Origin: the human T2T-CHM13v2.0 reference genome, Homo sapiens
Direction: 5' to 3' (one strand)
NCBI RefSeq assembly: GCF_009914755.1
Contig: NC_060940.1
DNA length: 64,000 nucleotides
Shown: positions 12,591 to 24,717 of the stretch, one piece after another
How positions within the stretch are numbered: position 1 is the first letter of the stretch
Layout of the letters: each line of letters begins with the position of its first letter
Notes under the pieces: model-generated
Database searches by the model: none
What the model saw: only the letters and a program-made list of their open reading frames with translations
What the model was told of the DNA's origin: nothing
Program-made: the position numbers and the translations under genes

Positions 12591-12940
12591 GGTTGGCGGG
12601 GAGTTTACAGCCCCCGGAGCGGGCAGGGGCCACGGAAGAGAAGCGGCGGCGGCGGCGGCAGCGGCTCTAGGCTGTAATTGGGATGCAAAGCAGGCGGCGG
12701 CGGCGGCTGCGGCCGGGAGGAGGAGGAGGAGGAGGCGGCGGCGGTGGCGGCTGCAGCGGTCGGAGGGGACGCGCTGGAAGTGGGAGCTGATGAGTGAAAA
12801 GAAAAAAAAGTCTTTGGATCTTTATTCTGCTAATTAGTTTCCTGCAAAAAATGGCTGTGATTAATTCAGTGCGCATGTGCTTCATTACCCAGGCACGACG
12901 GGAAGGGCTAATTAGCCACCTTCTGGATCAATAAGATTCA

Positions 12941-13290
12941 GCAAAAAAGAAAAGGGGGAGGTGGAGGGAGGCAGAGGGGAGGAAGGGAGGAAAAAAAAAA
13001 AAAAACAGGGGAAAGTGATGAGCAGGGCAAGGAGAGCAGGAAGAGAGGATGGGAGAAGAGCCTAGAAGAGGGAGAGAGGCTCCAAAAGTTTATGCATGTA
13101 TTAAAAACACACACACACACACACGACACACACACGAGCGCGCGCACACACACACACACACACACACGCACACACACACCGAGAAGTGGAATGCATAGGA
13201 GCAACAATAGGAACCTGGCTAAGAATCTTTTTAAGATTTTTTTTTTCCTTTCTTCTTCCCCCCCTTCTCTTTTCTTTCTTATTATTTTCC

Positions 13291-13337
<47 letters not shown>
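12941..13337. repeat. Low-complexity cluster: purine-rich tract, (CA)n/(CG)n, pyrimidine tract ending in (TC)21
   Basis: GA-rich 12941-13080; CA/CG alternation 13107-13179; (TC)21 at 13295-13336. Confidence 0.9.
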
Positions 13338-13338
<1 letters not shown>

Positions 13339-16300
13339 AGCAAACGCAGCAATGTTTAAATTAACTAGGAAAAGAGCATCTCCAAAGAATGGGGGCATTA
13401 GTGGAGGGGGACAGCTTAGAGTAAAGGTTTAAGTGAAAGAGCAGAGACTTCGAATAGAGACCACTTTAAATTGCAAATCTGAGATTTTTTAACTGAAGGA
13501 AAATTACCTCCCCCCAAATCAGAGGACGAATGAAGAAAATATGGAGAAAACTTTAACACATACCATAGACTAGACAAAAAATATATGTTAATTTTGTGTT
13601 CTGAAATAAGACGCAATCGGTCTTCTCTGGTTCTTTAGAAGGAGAGAGGAAGAGAGGAGGGGTGATTAGAAGAAATAAAAGGGAGAAAGTGAATCAGAAC
13701 TGAAAGGGGATAACTTCAGGAAAGACAAGAAAAGGAAAAGTTGCACTTGGAAACAAGTCCAACTTTCTACCTTTCTGGACTTAAGAGAAAAGTAAAATCA
13801 ATTTTCTCGTGTGAAACCTGGAAAGCAGATGTTTTCAAAACACAGGAAGCTATTTTGCCATCAAAAGCAGGGATGTAATAAAGGCAGTGAAAAATAATTT
13901 CAGACTGAATTCATAAGAGAGAAAGCCAATATATTTAAATATAGAGGAAAGGCCTAGGGTGTAGAAAGGGGAAATTACATACCCCTTCCCTAATGCCAAA
14001 AAAAAAAAAAAAAAAGCCTTACAGCTACCTCCAAGAGTTTGGAGCACAGTCACGAAGCCAAAGGGCTTGAAATGAGAGGATGGATTTCAGATAAAGACTA
14101 GGAGCGGTACATCCCACTAGAGCCCAAAGGAGATCCCTGGAATCAAAGACAGCAGCGAGGGACCCTACTACTGTACCGATTCCCAGTACATCAAAGCCAT
14201 CACTTAGGCTGGTGCACGGTACCTCCAAAAAGCAAGCAAACAAACGCAGGAAGAACAAGAGTCAGTGTCTGTCTGTCTCTCTCTCTCTCTCTCCCCCCTC
14301 TTCTCTGTCTCTTCCCCCCCCTTTCAAATCCTAGCCTCAGCGTCACTGCTACTGCAATAGATTTTTAAAAAATGACAAGTTGTATTTATGTAAGTTCTAA
14401 ATATGAACTAATACCATTGAAATTACAATGTCTGGAATAAAATAAAATGCAATCAGCACTTTAAGTAATCTGCAAATGTAAAAACAACATTTATGTTTTT
14501 GAAGGCATTATTAGTAAACCCTGTAACACCAGATAGCTTGCTAAAACTTATTTTTCTTGGGAAAAAATGTTGCCCTAGCCTACCAGATTATTTATTTTAG
14601 AAGGAATTTGGGAATTAATCAGGAAATCTGTTTGATTAGAAAGTAATTCTTCATTTTGAGAGATTTTCCAATGCTCTTAAGAACATGCAGCTTCTTAGTC
14701 AAGACTAGAGAGAAAAAAACCGGTTTAGGATTTTGCAGGGTTACCTCATCTAATCCTTCTGAATTCACTCTGGGAATAATGCTATTTTATTTACGGGGGG
14801 CGGGGGAAGAAAATACATTTAGAAAAATCAGGGGTTTCCTCTCTGTGAGCCAAATCTGGGTTGCCATTCAAACTTTTTCTGGCTGCTTTTCCATGCAGGA
14901 CAGCTGATCAATAAAGCCAAGTCCAGCCTGGCTTGCTACAGGTTTCACCAGTCAGTGCTTGCAAAACCTTTGTCATTTTCTAAAAATAAAAAAGCTAAAA
15001 GTTATTGTAGAAGAAGGGGCTTTTTTTTGTCCCCTGCACAATGTGTCTTTTGTGAGGTTAATGCCATTCTGGGCTCTCGATAGCCCTGGACAATGGGGAA
15101 CTCTCTAGGAGCCTGCAAAGATTCTAGCTTTTTTCTTTCTTGCCTTTTTTTTTTTTTTTTTAAGGGAAGGATGAAACATTCCTACAGTCCAAACACAACC
15201 TCTACTGTGATTAAATAAATATTTATCTTTATTGTAGCCATTGTATATTTTTACCTTCAGTTTGTCCGGTTTCTGATTATTATTTTAAATTTTTCAATGG
15301 CAAGTTAATCTTTTTTTTTTCCCTTTCAGTCCAAAGGGCAGGTCAGTGTAAAATGTAGCTGACTGAAGGAAGACTGGTAAATTCTGAATTTTTCCATAAT
15401 ACATCAGGTAAGGAAAATTGTTCAGACCCTCAGGAATATATTCACTTCCTTTTTATCTGTCTTCACGAATCTTCATAAAGCTGTTTATTTTTTTAAAGAT
15501 GTGGTAGAATTAAATTCCTCTTTGTAGATCTTGAAAAATCACTTAAATACTATGTATTTATTTTCTTTTAAAATGTAAATAGTACTAGAAGTGAACTTGC
15601 AGCTTGTTTCTTATATAAAACGGTGCGGAGGAAGTCAGTATTTCCTTTAGTATAAGCTATTTGGAGGAAATTCTGGATATAAATGTATTTCATGTTACAA
15701 TATAGGAAAATGTCAGCTTAATCTGGTAAATACTTATGCTAATTTTACTGAGTGAATTCGTTATAAGGAGGAGAGGTACCAAGCTTGTATGATTGAATAA
15801 TGCTTAGACGATAATCCAGCATCTATATGGATTATTTTACGTACAAAATGAGAAAAAAAAAAGGAAACAAGAAATTCAGAATCTAAATCTTTCATTTAGC
15901 TGGCAAGAGGGCAGAAAATTTTAGACCAACCTGTTTTTAAGACATTTACATTAGGAGGGAAAGTGGAATGTAGGCTAAATATTGCATTGCTGTGTACATT
16001 TCTCTAGCTCTCACTCAAATGGATATAGATATAAAAACACAAAAATATATGCATAAAGGGGTACATAAATATACATTTGAATGACTTCAGATGTCTTTGC
16101 ATTTGTGTGAGTGTGTGAATATATCTGTGCACACAGATATACAAGGTGTACATAAATTCAGGTACTGGGCAGAGCTGTGTGAGTGCTCGCTCACTGGGGG
16201 CTTGTGTTTCCAGATCTGTTTGAAGCCACTTCTTTGCAAATATAACATAAAAAGGTTGATTTAATGATGAAGATGTGAATGGTGAATTTGAGTAAGAATC

Positions 16301-16759
16301 TGCTTCCCTGCAATTATCAGAATATGGGGTTGCAATGTGAGCAGCTATTATTTGGTCCAAAGGCTAAAGAGGCAATGGGCCATCTTAAGGGGCAAGGAGG
16401 ATGAAGGGGTCTTAGGAGATCTCACTTGGAAAAAGCCTAGCTCTGGGCCCTGGGTTTTCTTCTGCAGGGAGATTGGGGACACAGAAGCAAAAAAAAAAAG
16501 GAAGAAAAAAGAAAACCCCGTGTGGAGGCAGGAGAGGTTGAAAGGACGCCTCTCCGTACAACTCCAGAGCTAGATCTAAGGAAGGGGTTGGAGGGTGAAG
16601 AATGTGCGAGTCCCTTTTTGAATGTGTATTGTTATTCTAAGTCTATTGTATGTACGTGTTGCAGTCCTTTCATTTGCCACAACATATGGATTCCATAAAT
16701 GCAGACATGCCGAAGTGCATCTGTCTGGGTAGTTAACATGATCTAAACATCCCTCTTCG

Positions 16760-17270
16760 TTCCGCTAACTCCGGCTCTTCTTCGGGCTCCTCGGCAGCGC
16801 TCCGGGCCAGCCGGCCCGTGCCCCAGGCTTGCAGCGCCCGGCAGCCTCGTCCTTTTGTGGTCTCTGCACGGGATCCAAGGTGCCGCGCGGAGGAGGCGGG
16901 CTGCTCGCAGTGCCGGGGTCAGAGGCGCCGCCACCGGCGGCCTCTGCGCGCGCGGGGAGGAAAGGGTTAAGCTGCCCGAGCCCGGGGAAGGGGCTGCTCT
17001 CATCCTGGAGCGAGGTGCAGCCACCGGCAGCTGTGATTTAGGGGTCAAGTCCGAGATCACCTTTCTCCTGCCTCTGGAAATGGCAGAAGATGAGATAGGG
17101 AGGGAGAAACTAGAGAGTGGCAGCCAGGCGCAGCACGTGGGCTCCATCCATCCGACACCCCCATCGCCCCGGTCCACTCCCTGACCCCCAGACAAATCGG
17201 ACAGTTCCCTTTTCTGGTAGAGATGCGGGGTGCGCTTCTTCTGAGCGTCCGGAATCGCTCCATCCAAGGC
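16760..17270. promoter_or_regulatory. Small CpG island
   Basis: Locally high GC and CpG density. Confidence 0.75.
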
Positions 17271-18589
17271 TCTGCCCTAAGGTTAAGCCACTGTGCCCTG
17301 AGCCTCAACCACCAGATCTCAAAAGTTTGCTCTCAATGCGCCAGACAGTGAGTAGCTGAGTCTGAGTAAAAATCACCCCCCCTCCCCGTTTACGAAAACC
17401 AGGGGTCCCCCTGGCAGGACTAGGCCGTTTGAATGTTGGTGCTAGACCCTCAGACTCCTGTCACAGTCCCCACAGTCGTGAGGGGATGTACACAGTGGTG
17501 CCCACTACATGCAGCTTCTTGCTTTGTGCCTGTATTCTTTCTCAGGATCTTGCTTTCCCCCAACTCAGGCGGACTGGGGAATACTTTGGTCAAAATAAAT
17601 TTTTACACCTGAAAGGTAACCAAAAACCAAATTCAGATGTGTTTCTAGGGTTTTTTCACTGGAAAAGAGCAGAGGGTCTGAAGTCCCCTTTTGTTATGGT
17701 TCAGTGTCCGGCCTGCCAGGTTGAGGGTCCCCGCGCCCAGGTGACGTTCTGGGGGCTGTAGGGATGCGCACCGTGCCCACAAAAGGCGCTTTAATTGAGA
17801 ACGAGCTTCCCAAATCCAACTCCATGAGGATGGCATTTAGGACGACAGCTCTTTCGGAAAGTTACTCCAAGAAAAAGGAGTTTTTTGGTGGGAAAAGAAA
17901 ACTGGCTCGAAATGACAGAGAGAAAAGGGAACTAGATCCCTGGGGGGCAGGAGGCAGGTCGGGGGTGCGGTGAGAAGATAAGGAGATGAGCCGGGAAGTA
18001 CACGGACAGGGAGTGTGGGGCGCGGCCAGGGAGGTTCCGCGACGCCCTCCCCTGACTCTCACTCCAGCTACCAGGGTGAGGGTGAATCACCCCGATTTTA
18101 GCTTCTGCTTCCAGGGCCAAGAGCAGACCAGCTGGTCTAGAAGGCAGCTGAGGTCTGTCTTCTGAGCCCTGCCGCCCCTAACCCTGCCAGAGCCTCCAAA
18201 CCGCGGAAATCAAACCAAATTGGCCGCTCAAATCTAGAGAGGTTTCATCCCTGGGGCAAGGGGGAGGGAACAAGCCTTTTTTTTTTTTCTTTTGAACTCC
18301 CGATTCAAAAGAGACCACAACCTACTCTTGAGTGTCATCTCCAGTACATGGATTGTGGGTATGTTTCATTCTTTCTTTTTTCCTGTTTCTCAGAAGTAAA
18401 ACCTTTAAAGAATGAGCCCCAAACTTGGAGCGCCCGGATCCTTGAAAGAGTTCCAAATGATAAAGCCTGCCCTTCATTTTGAATACATGGCGCATTGTGA
18501 AAATGCAGGGCAATTAGTCAGTTCCAGGGTTTGAGTCAGATTCCCAGTTTCCTCAGCTCCTTTGCAATGGAAATCTGAAATCCAACCTT

Positions 18590-19334
18590 GGGGCAGGAGG
18601 CGCGGAGCCGGTGGCTCTCCCGGGTTCCACACCGCCTGCACCGCTGGCTAGCGCCTGACTTCCCTTTTGGTGACCTGGTAGGTACTAGAAGTTTGCACCA
18701 CATGTAAAGCCTGGGGCGAGTGAAGAAGAGAGAGAACTAACTTCATCACAGCGCAACAAAGTGAACAACTTGAGGGCAAGAGACCCTCGGTCGGGCTGTG
18801 TTCGCTTTAGGGATTTCCAAGGGCATAACTTGGGGGAATGGTAGAGACTTCTTGCTTGCCAGCCGGAGCCAGGAAAAAAGGAAACCCTGCGATGGGCGGG
18901 CGGCGGGCTTGGGAGCAGGGCTGTGAGTGGGCAACTGAGACCTGGCTCCCATCTGCACATAGCCCTCCTGGGCCAGCGCCGGGAGACGGTGCCCACGGTG
19001 GCACGTGCATTGTTGACACGCAGACACGCAGGCGTGCGATAACGGAGGGATGCGCGGCTGAACAATCCCCCCACCCCACCCCATGCTTGCATTTCTTGCA
19101 GGCATGGCTTATTTAATGGCCAGGGAATTGAGTGCCTCTTACCCACCACCCCCATCCCTTTTATTTTTTGCTGAGAAATGTAAAAAGGAACCTATGCCGT
19201 GTACATATTCTGAATAAACGTGAGGGTTTTTTTTTTTCTTGAGGAATACCTAGCGCCATAATTTTGTGATTTAAGGGGGCGAGGGAAATCTTTGAAATGA
19301 AGGAAATCAGTGGGGGACGAACTAGCTTTTCCTG

Positions 19335-19366
<32 letters not shown>

Positions 19367-20900
19367 GTGTGTCTCCCCAAAGCCAGTAATGGGATTTAAA
19401 ATGAGAGATTCCCAGTCCTCGTCCTCCCTCCCATTCCATTTTGCTCTCTTCGCCCCAGAAAACATCTGCGATAACCGGCTGCACGTCTAAAGGGACGGTT
19501 TAAAGAGAAACAGGGTTTGGGGAGCGCATCAACTTTCTCTTTTTCAAATAAAGTTGAAAAAAAATTCCAAAGACAATTTAAGCAACAAACGACATCGAAC
19601 AGATATTTTTCCAAGGCAAAAAATTTCCGATTCGTTGGTTTCCCATTCTCAGAAATAGAGAAAAATGCGAATCCGATCTTCCCGTGCGCTCATGACACGA
19701 AATTTGGAGCCCGTACTTGGTTAAGGCTGGTGAGTGCAGGGCAGGGTGTGGCCCCACGGCCGGCAGGAGTCCGGCGCACACTGGGCCTGGAGCGCACTGA
19801 CTGGGGCTCTGGCTAGCCGGGCTACCCGTGGGGTGGCCTAGGGCCCAGCCTGTGTCAAGGCTGCGGGCAGGGCACTGGTCCCCTGTGGACTCGGGGCGCG
19901 CCCTCTCAGCCGCCTCCCTGTTTAATTCCAGAGCTCAGCGGGCTGCAGGGACATTCGACGCCAGTTTCCTCTGGCCCGGGCGTGAGACGCGCCCTTCTCG
20001 TGTCTGCTCTTCCGTCCCTCTGCGCTGGATGTTGTATAGCGCAGGCCCCTTCCCTCCCCGCCTCTCGTTCCCAAAACCTTATCATTGAGAATTCGACAGT
20101 TGCCCCGAGATGCTGATCCCAGTTCACGGAGCCAGCGTGCGCGTCCCTAATGCCCGGCACACTCATCTCCATTTCGGGACCCTTTTTTTTCCTGCGGGCT
20201 CTGGACTCCCGGGAGGAAGCCTCGGGCCCTCCGGCTCCCCGGAGACACCGGCTGAGGCGCTTAGGCCAGTGCAGAGTCGCCGCACTGGGACCCAGGCGCC
20301 CCTCACAGGTGCACGTAGGGCATGGCCCAACGGCCCCTCGGATGGGCGGGGAAACAGGCCCGGGCGGAGCAATTCGATCACCCCATTATGCCCCTGCGGA
20401 TGCCCAGAAAAGCCACGAGGCCCGGGGGACCGCCCCAGCAGTGGTCTGGAAAGGAGAGGGCGCGGCGAGGGGCGCACCTCGCGCCCAGGGCCCACGCCGC
20501 CCAGGCCCCGTGCCTGCCTCCCCGTCACCCTAACTCCGCACCCGGGACTGCTGGTGGTTCCCTTCTCTTTCCGCCGTTCTCGCCGGGCTGCCTAGTCTCT
20601 TTAGGGCCACAGATGCGCCCTCCTCCCCCCAGCCCCGCGGGATACGGAGGTGAGAGCACTGAGATGGGGACCCTGAACCCAACTGCAGGAGGACGCTGGA
20701 CCCCTATGTCCCCAGGAGCCCCTTCCAGCCAAGGCCTGGGGAGGGAAGGCGCCTCTGCACCCCTCAGCCCCAGGTGCAAGAGCTGGGAGTGGAGAACCCC
20801 CGGGGCCCTGCTCGCCTCCAAGGCAGACCAGAAACCGGGCCCGCCAAGGAGGCGGGAGTGGGTGTGTAGAGTTAGCGAAGGGCCGACTGGAGGGGTGCCT
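18590..20900. promoter_or_regulatory. CpG-rich domain (core ~19700-20650)
   Basis: Retained CpGs and high GC; (TG)n at ~19335-19372 inside it. Confidence 0.7.
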
Positions 20901-21784
20901 GTGCCTGCGTGTTTGGTGCTGCACGTCTCCCTCCCTCTCATTCTGTCTGGGAAGAAAAAAGAAAGCGGGCAGATTTGAGCCGACCCCTCTTTCCGCAGCC
21001 TGGGAACGCTGCAGCAGGAAGAATTGCTCATAACGACACTTAAGCCCCGACAGTTGAATGCTAAAGGTTAAACTTACAGTCTTCAGGGAAGGGCTTCCTG
21101 CCAACTGGAACAGTGGTGCGCGCTGCCACGGGCGCTCCTCCACCCCAGCCTGGCCCCTCCAGGTACAGTTCACATCACGGCTCTTGGCATTTGTGAACTT
21201 CAGCGAAGGAGCCCCTGGGTGCTGGCTTGTCCCTGCCCCTCATCTTCAGGGAACCTCTCCTTCCTGGTCTCCCCCATTATTTTGCCTGTGGCTGGTTGAG
21301 ACCTCAGTTTGTCCCTGGGATCCTGCCCTGTGGGTCCCAACTAGTTCCTGCTGTGCAGTTGGAATGGACCCACCTTTGCAACAAAGATGCACGGTTCACA
21401 CAGGTGGACACTTTGGAGAAACTGCATTCATCCCTTGTCCCTTTGCACAGAGCACTCAGTGGCCCCTGCAGCTTGGCACAGATAAAACCAAGGCTAATAC
21501 ACTGAATTTAGTGCCCAGCCTTGGAGGGGTCTGCAGAGAGACGCTGGCTGTAAGGAGGCAGGCGGGGGATTGTCAGGTGGAAAGCTTCCCCCAAAGGAAT
21601 AGCCAAGGGAGTCTCTATTCCACGGACCAAGGGCCCCTCCCCCAACCCACCACCAAATGATGGTAAGGTTCAATTTAGCACCCCTAAAAAGTATATTCCA
21701 GTAGGAGATAGATGGTAAAGAGAATGCAGTTCAGCTCTCAGGAGCAAGGGAAGGTGGCTCTTTTCCTACCTCCCTAGAGAGCCC

Positions 21785-22015
21785 ACATTTGCTGAGCACC
21801 TACCTTGCCTTAGCTCCCTGCCAGGCACTTTCCAAATAATTGCATTCAGTTCTCCCAGCAACCCTGGGAAACTGGTATTATTAGTCCCATCTTATAGATG
21901 AGGAATACCAGATTCAGAGAGGTTAAGTCACTCACTTAAGGTCACACAGCTATTAAGTGGCTCAGCTTGAATTTGAACCTGGGCCTGTCAGGCTTTAAAG
22001 CTATTTCTATTACAC
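21785..22015 (-). mobile_element. MIR SINE
   Basis: MIR core tatagatgaggaatac...agagaggttaagtcact...aaggtcacacagct...atttgaacctgg. Confidence 0.85.
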
Positions 22016-23426
22016 CAGTTGCCTCTCATCAAGGTCAGTAGAATCAGGGGACCCAAGGGATGAGAAAAGATAGATGTGTAGGGCAGATGGGCTGAGGCGC
22101 AGGAAATAAAAATATTCCCGGAAGGGTGCTCTGGTTTTGTATGGATTCAGGGCTAGATTCAAGACTAAGAGACAAGTCACTGATGGGCATGGTCCCCCAT
22201 GTTATTCACTAAAGGGAAAAAGGCCAAAAGGGACAATGCAATAGAGAAATATCAACAAAATCCTAGGATTACAGGGTTGGAACCCATGTAACAATTGCCT
22301 GGTGTGCCCCTTGGTTTTCCAGCCTCGGCTGGCCATACTAGGGAAGTTCATACCAGGCCTTTTTGTTTTTCTTTGTAAATTTTCTGACTGTGTCTGAAGC
22401 TCAGACAAGTTCCTTACTTCTGTGAGTCAGCAGGGCTAACAGGAAGGGATGATCAGATGACCAACTGCTCATGAAAAAATATGAGGAAATCCAGTAGACA
22501 GGGAATAAGAGCAGGCAGAGACAGACATCCAAAGGCAGGCCCCTTGGGAACTCCTGGTCACTTGAGTGCTCCACTTGCAGGCCCTAAGGTAGGGAAGGCT
22601 GTGGGTGGGGCAGCTCCACAGCTCCCTTGAAACAAAGATGATGCCTGCTTTGCCAATATTGAGGTTTGGCCACCTGATGGTCGTCCACCAACTCTGGCCT
22701 CCATGCGCACTGCGGGTACTGACCACCCCTTTGGGCGCAACTGCACAAGGGGGAAGGGTGGTCAGTCCAGTGGTATGGGCTGATCACTCCTCGCCGTGCT
22801 CGGCTGGGTTGACTCTGACTGATGCTGCCCAAGTATGAGTGTGTGTAACTGGGCAGGACTGGCCAGGCCCACACGGAGAGGTTGCTGAAAGCCTTGTTAA
22901 GGAAGTACTTCTGACTAGGCAATCCAATTACATAATGCTGCAAAAATAACTCTGGGCTGGGAGTCTTGAGAGTGACGTATTTTGTTAACAGAGAGGGGTA
23001 TCAAATATCTGTCTTTTAACCCGAGGGCTGAAAGTACACTTGTGCATACTGACTGGCCTCTCACCCTCTCCCCCAATAAGGGATGTTAAGCGGGTGGCAG
23101 GGGGGAAGCAAAAGAAGAAGCAATGATGCACACTTGTTTTTTCCCCTCCTTTTTCCCAGGTGCAACTAAAGCCAACTGTTCAGTTTAGCTATATTCTGCC
23201 AGCTCACGTGTCCGTCTACAGAATCGTGCACACCCAAATTAGCCATGCAGTGCTATAAACTGATCAGGGAAGATTAAGCAAAAGAAATGAGGGAGAGAAT
23301 AAGAAATGAGAGAAAAACAGAATGAAAGGTGGTTTTGTTTTATTTTTTGGTGGGTAGAGAAGGGGAAGGGGTGAATTGTCTCATTATATTCATGAAGACT
23401 AGACTAGGACTCCTAGCTTCCCACTA

Positions 23427-23523
23427 AGGTGACCAACTGGTCCCAGTTTACCTAAGACTGTCCCACATTTAAAACTGCATCTTAGGAACCCACTCATTTC
23501 TGAAAAACTGAGTTGGTCACTCC
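23427..23523. mobile_element. Short hAT-type MITE (MER94-like)
   Basis: Terminal inverted repeats gtgaccaact...agttggtcac enclosing gtcccagttt...gactgtccc. Confidence 0.6.
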
Positions 23524-24427
23524 ACTTCCCACGGGCTTTGGCCAAATTTCCACCCGGTCAGAAAATAACTGGTCATAATGGTATATCCTGTCAATCCAAA
23601 ATTGTTCGAAGAGTGATCTAAATGAGATATTTCATCATGGACGCAAAAGCCTTATTTCCAGGCATTTGAAGAAAGATCCATACACTTCTTCCTCCCACTA
23701 CCATTTTGGATTCTAGAGCTTTCCAGGTGGAAAAATTACCTGCTTCATTCAGTTTGCTTTCAGATAAAGTTTCCAGAGGTCCCTTTCCCATTTTAAAGTG
23801 CCCCGAACTCCTGCCATGTTTTGCTTGAGAATCCTTTCATACCATTTTTAAAGAACACTGCTTGAAAGTCATTGTACCTTTTTTCAACTTCTTTTCTGTT
23901 GTGGGGTCTCCATTCCTTCCTGGGGCACCAGGGTCACACACTGAACTGTATCAAACTCTTTTAATGTATTCTCATTGAATCTGTTAGCATTTTCTGTTTC
24001 CTAATGTTGATAATTATTGCATCTGATCCTTTCACTCTAAACTGCGGCCGTGCAATTCATCCTTAATCTAGATCCATCTGAGCCCCTTCCAAAGAAGACA
24101 CAAAGATAAGCTATCCCTGGCCCAAGACACTCATAGCATCTGAGCTTAGATTCACATTTGTCCCCACCTCTATTATTTTTTTTTAATCAAAATGTTTCCA
24201 AACCCCTTGAGCTAATTATAAAAGCGAATAGCTTTTCCTCTCCGAATCATATTCCTTGACTTGTAAGAATGCAATTCCACTCTGAGACCACCTTGTCGCA
24301 GACGTGAAAACCTGCTTGCCGAGGACGCAGCAGAGAGGAAAGGGTGAAGCGGGATTCGTCTCCCGCCCTCCCTCGGCAGGCACTGCCTTTATGGAGTCTA
24401 TTTCCAGTCTGTTTACCTGGCAAGGAC

Positions 24428-24439
24428 CACGTGACCAAT
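24428..24439. promoter_or_regulatory. E-box immediately adjacent to a CCAAT box
   Basis: CACGTGACCAAT. Confidence 0.45.
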
Positions 24440-24668
24440 CCAGAAGGAAATGCTGACATCATTGTCTCTCTCTCTCTCTCTCTCGCACATGTGAGCCTCC
24501 CTCCCTCCCCAGGCCGCCTGCATTCCGGTATCCATCCTCTCTGCCTCTCTCCAGCGCCCGGTCCCCTCCCCCACCACTCACGCCTTCCACCACTTATTTC
24601 TCTGTCTTTCTCATGTCACACTTTCCTTTGTTTTCTTTTCCCCTTGCGGGCTGGTTCCTAGACCGTCT

Positions 24669-24680
24669 TGCGCGCGCGCG

Positions 24681-24716
<36 letters not shown>

Positions 24717-24717
24717 T
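24669..24717. repeat. (CG)9(CA)14 microsatellite, Z-DNA-prone
   Basis: Direct read. Confidence 0.95.

Larger units (their letters stand above)
11270..12780. promoter_or_regulatory. ZFHX3: Large CpG island / distal promoter B with many GGC/GGA triplet tracts
   Basis: Extremely GC- and CpG-rich; multiple (GGC)n and (GGA)n runs. Confidence 0.9.
12304..12786 (-). other. ZFHX3: Leader exon (483 nt when internal; its 3' part probably serves as alternative first exon 1B)
   Basis: Minus acceptor TTTTTTTCTTTTCACTCATCAG|CTCCC (AG at 12788-12787); donor CCGC|GTAAGT (plus acttac at 12298-12303). Confidence 0.8.

Noticed and set aside
11224-12837. Long ORFs on both strands (469, 343, 280, 271, 217, 192 aa)
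   Set aside because: Stop codons are scarce in very GC-rich triplet DNA; the products are low-complexity Arg/Ala/Gly/Pro, all frames are open at once, and the minus-strand ones run through a strong splice donor.
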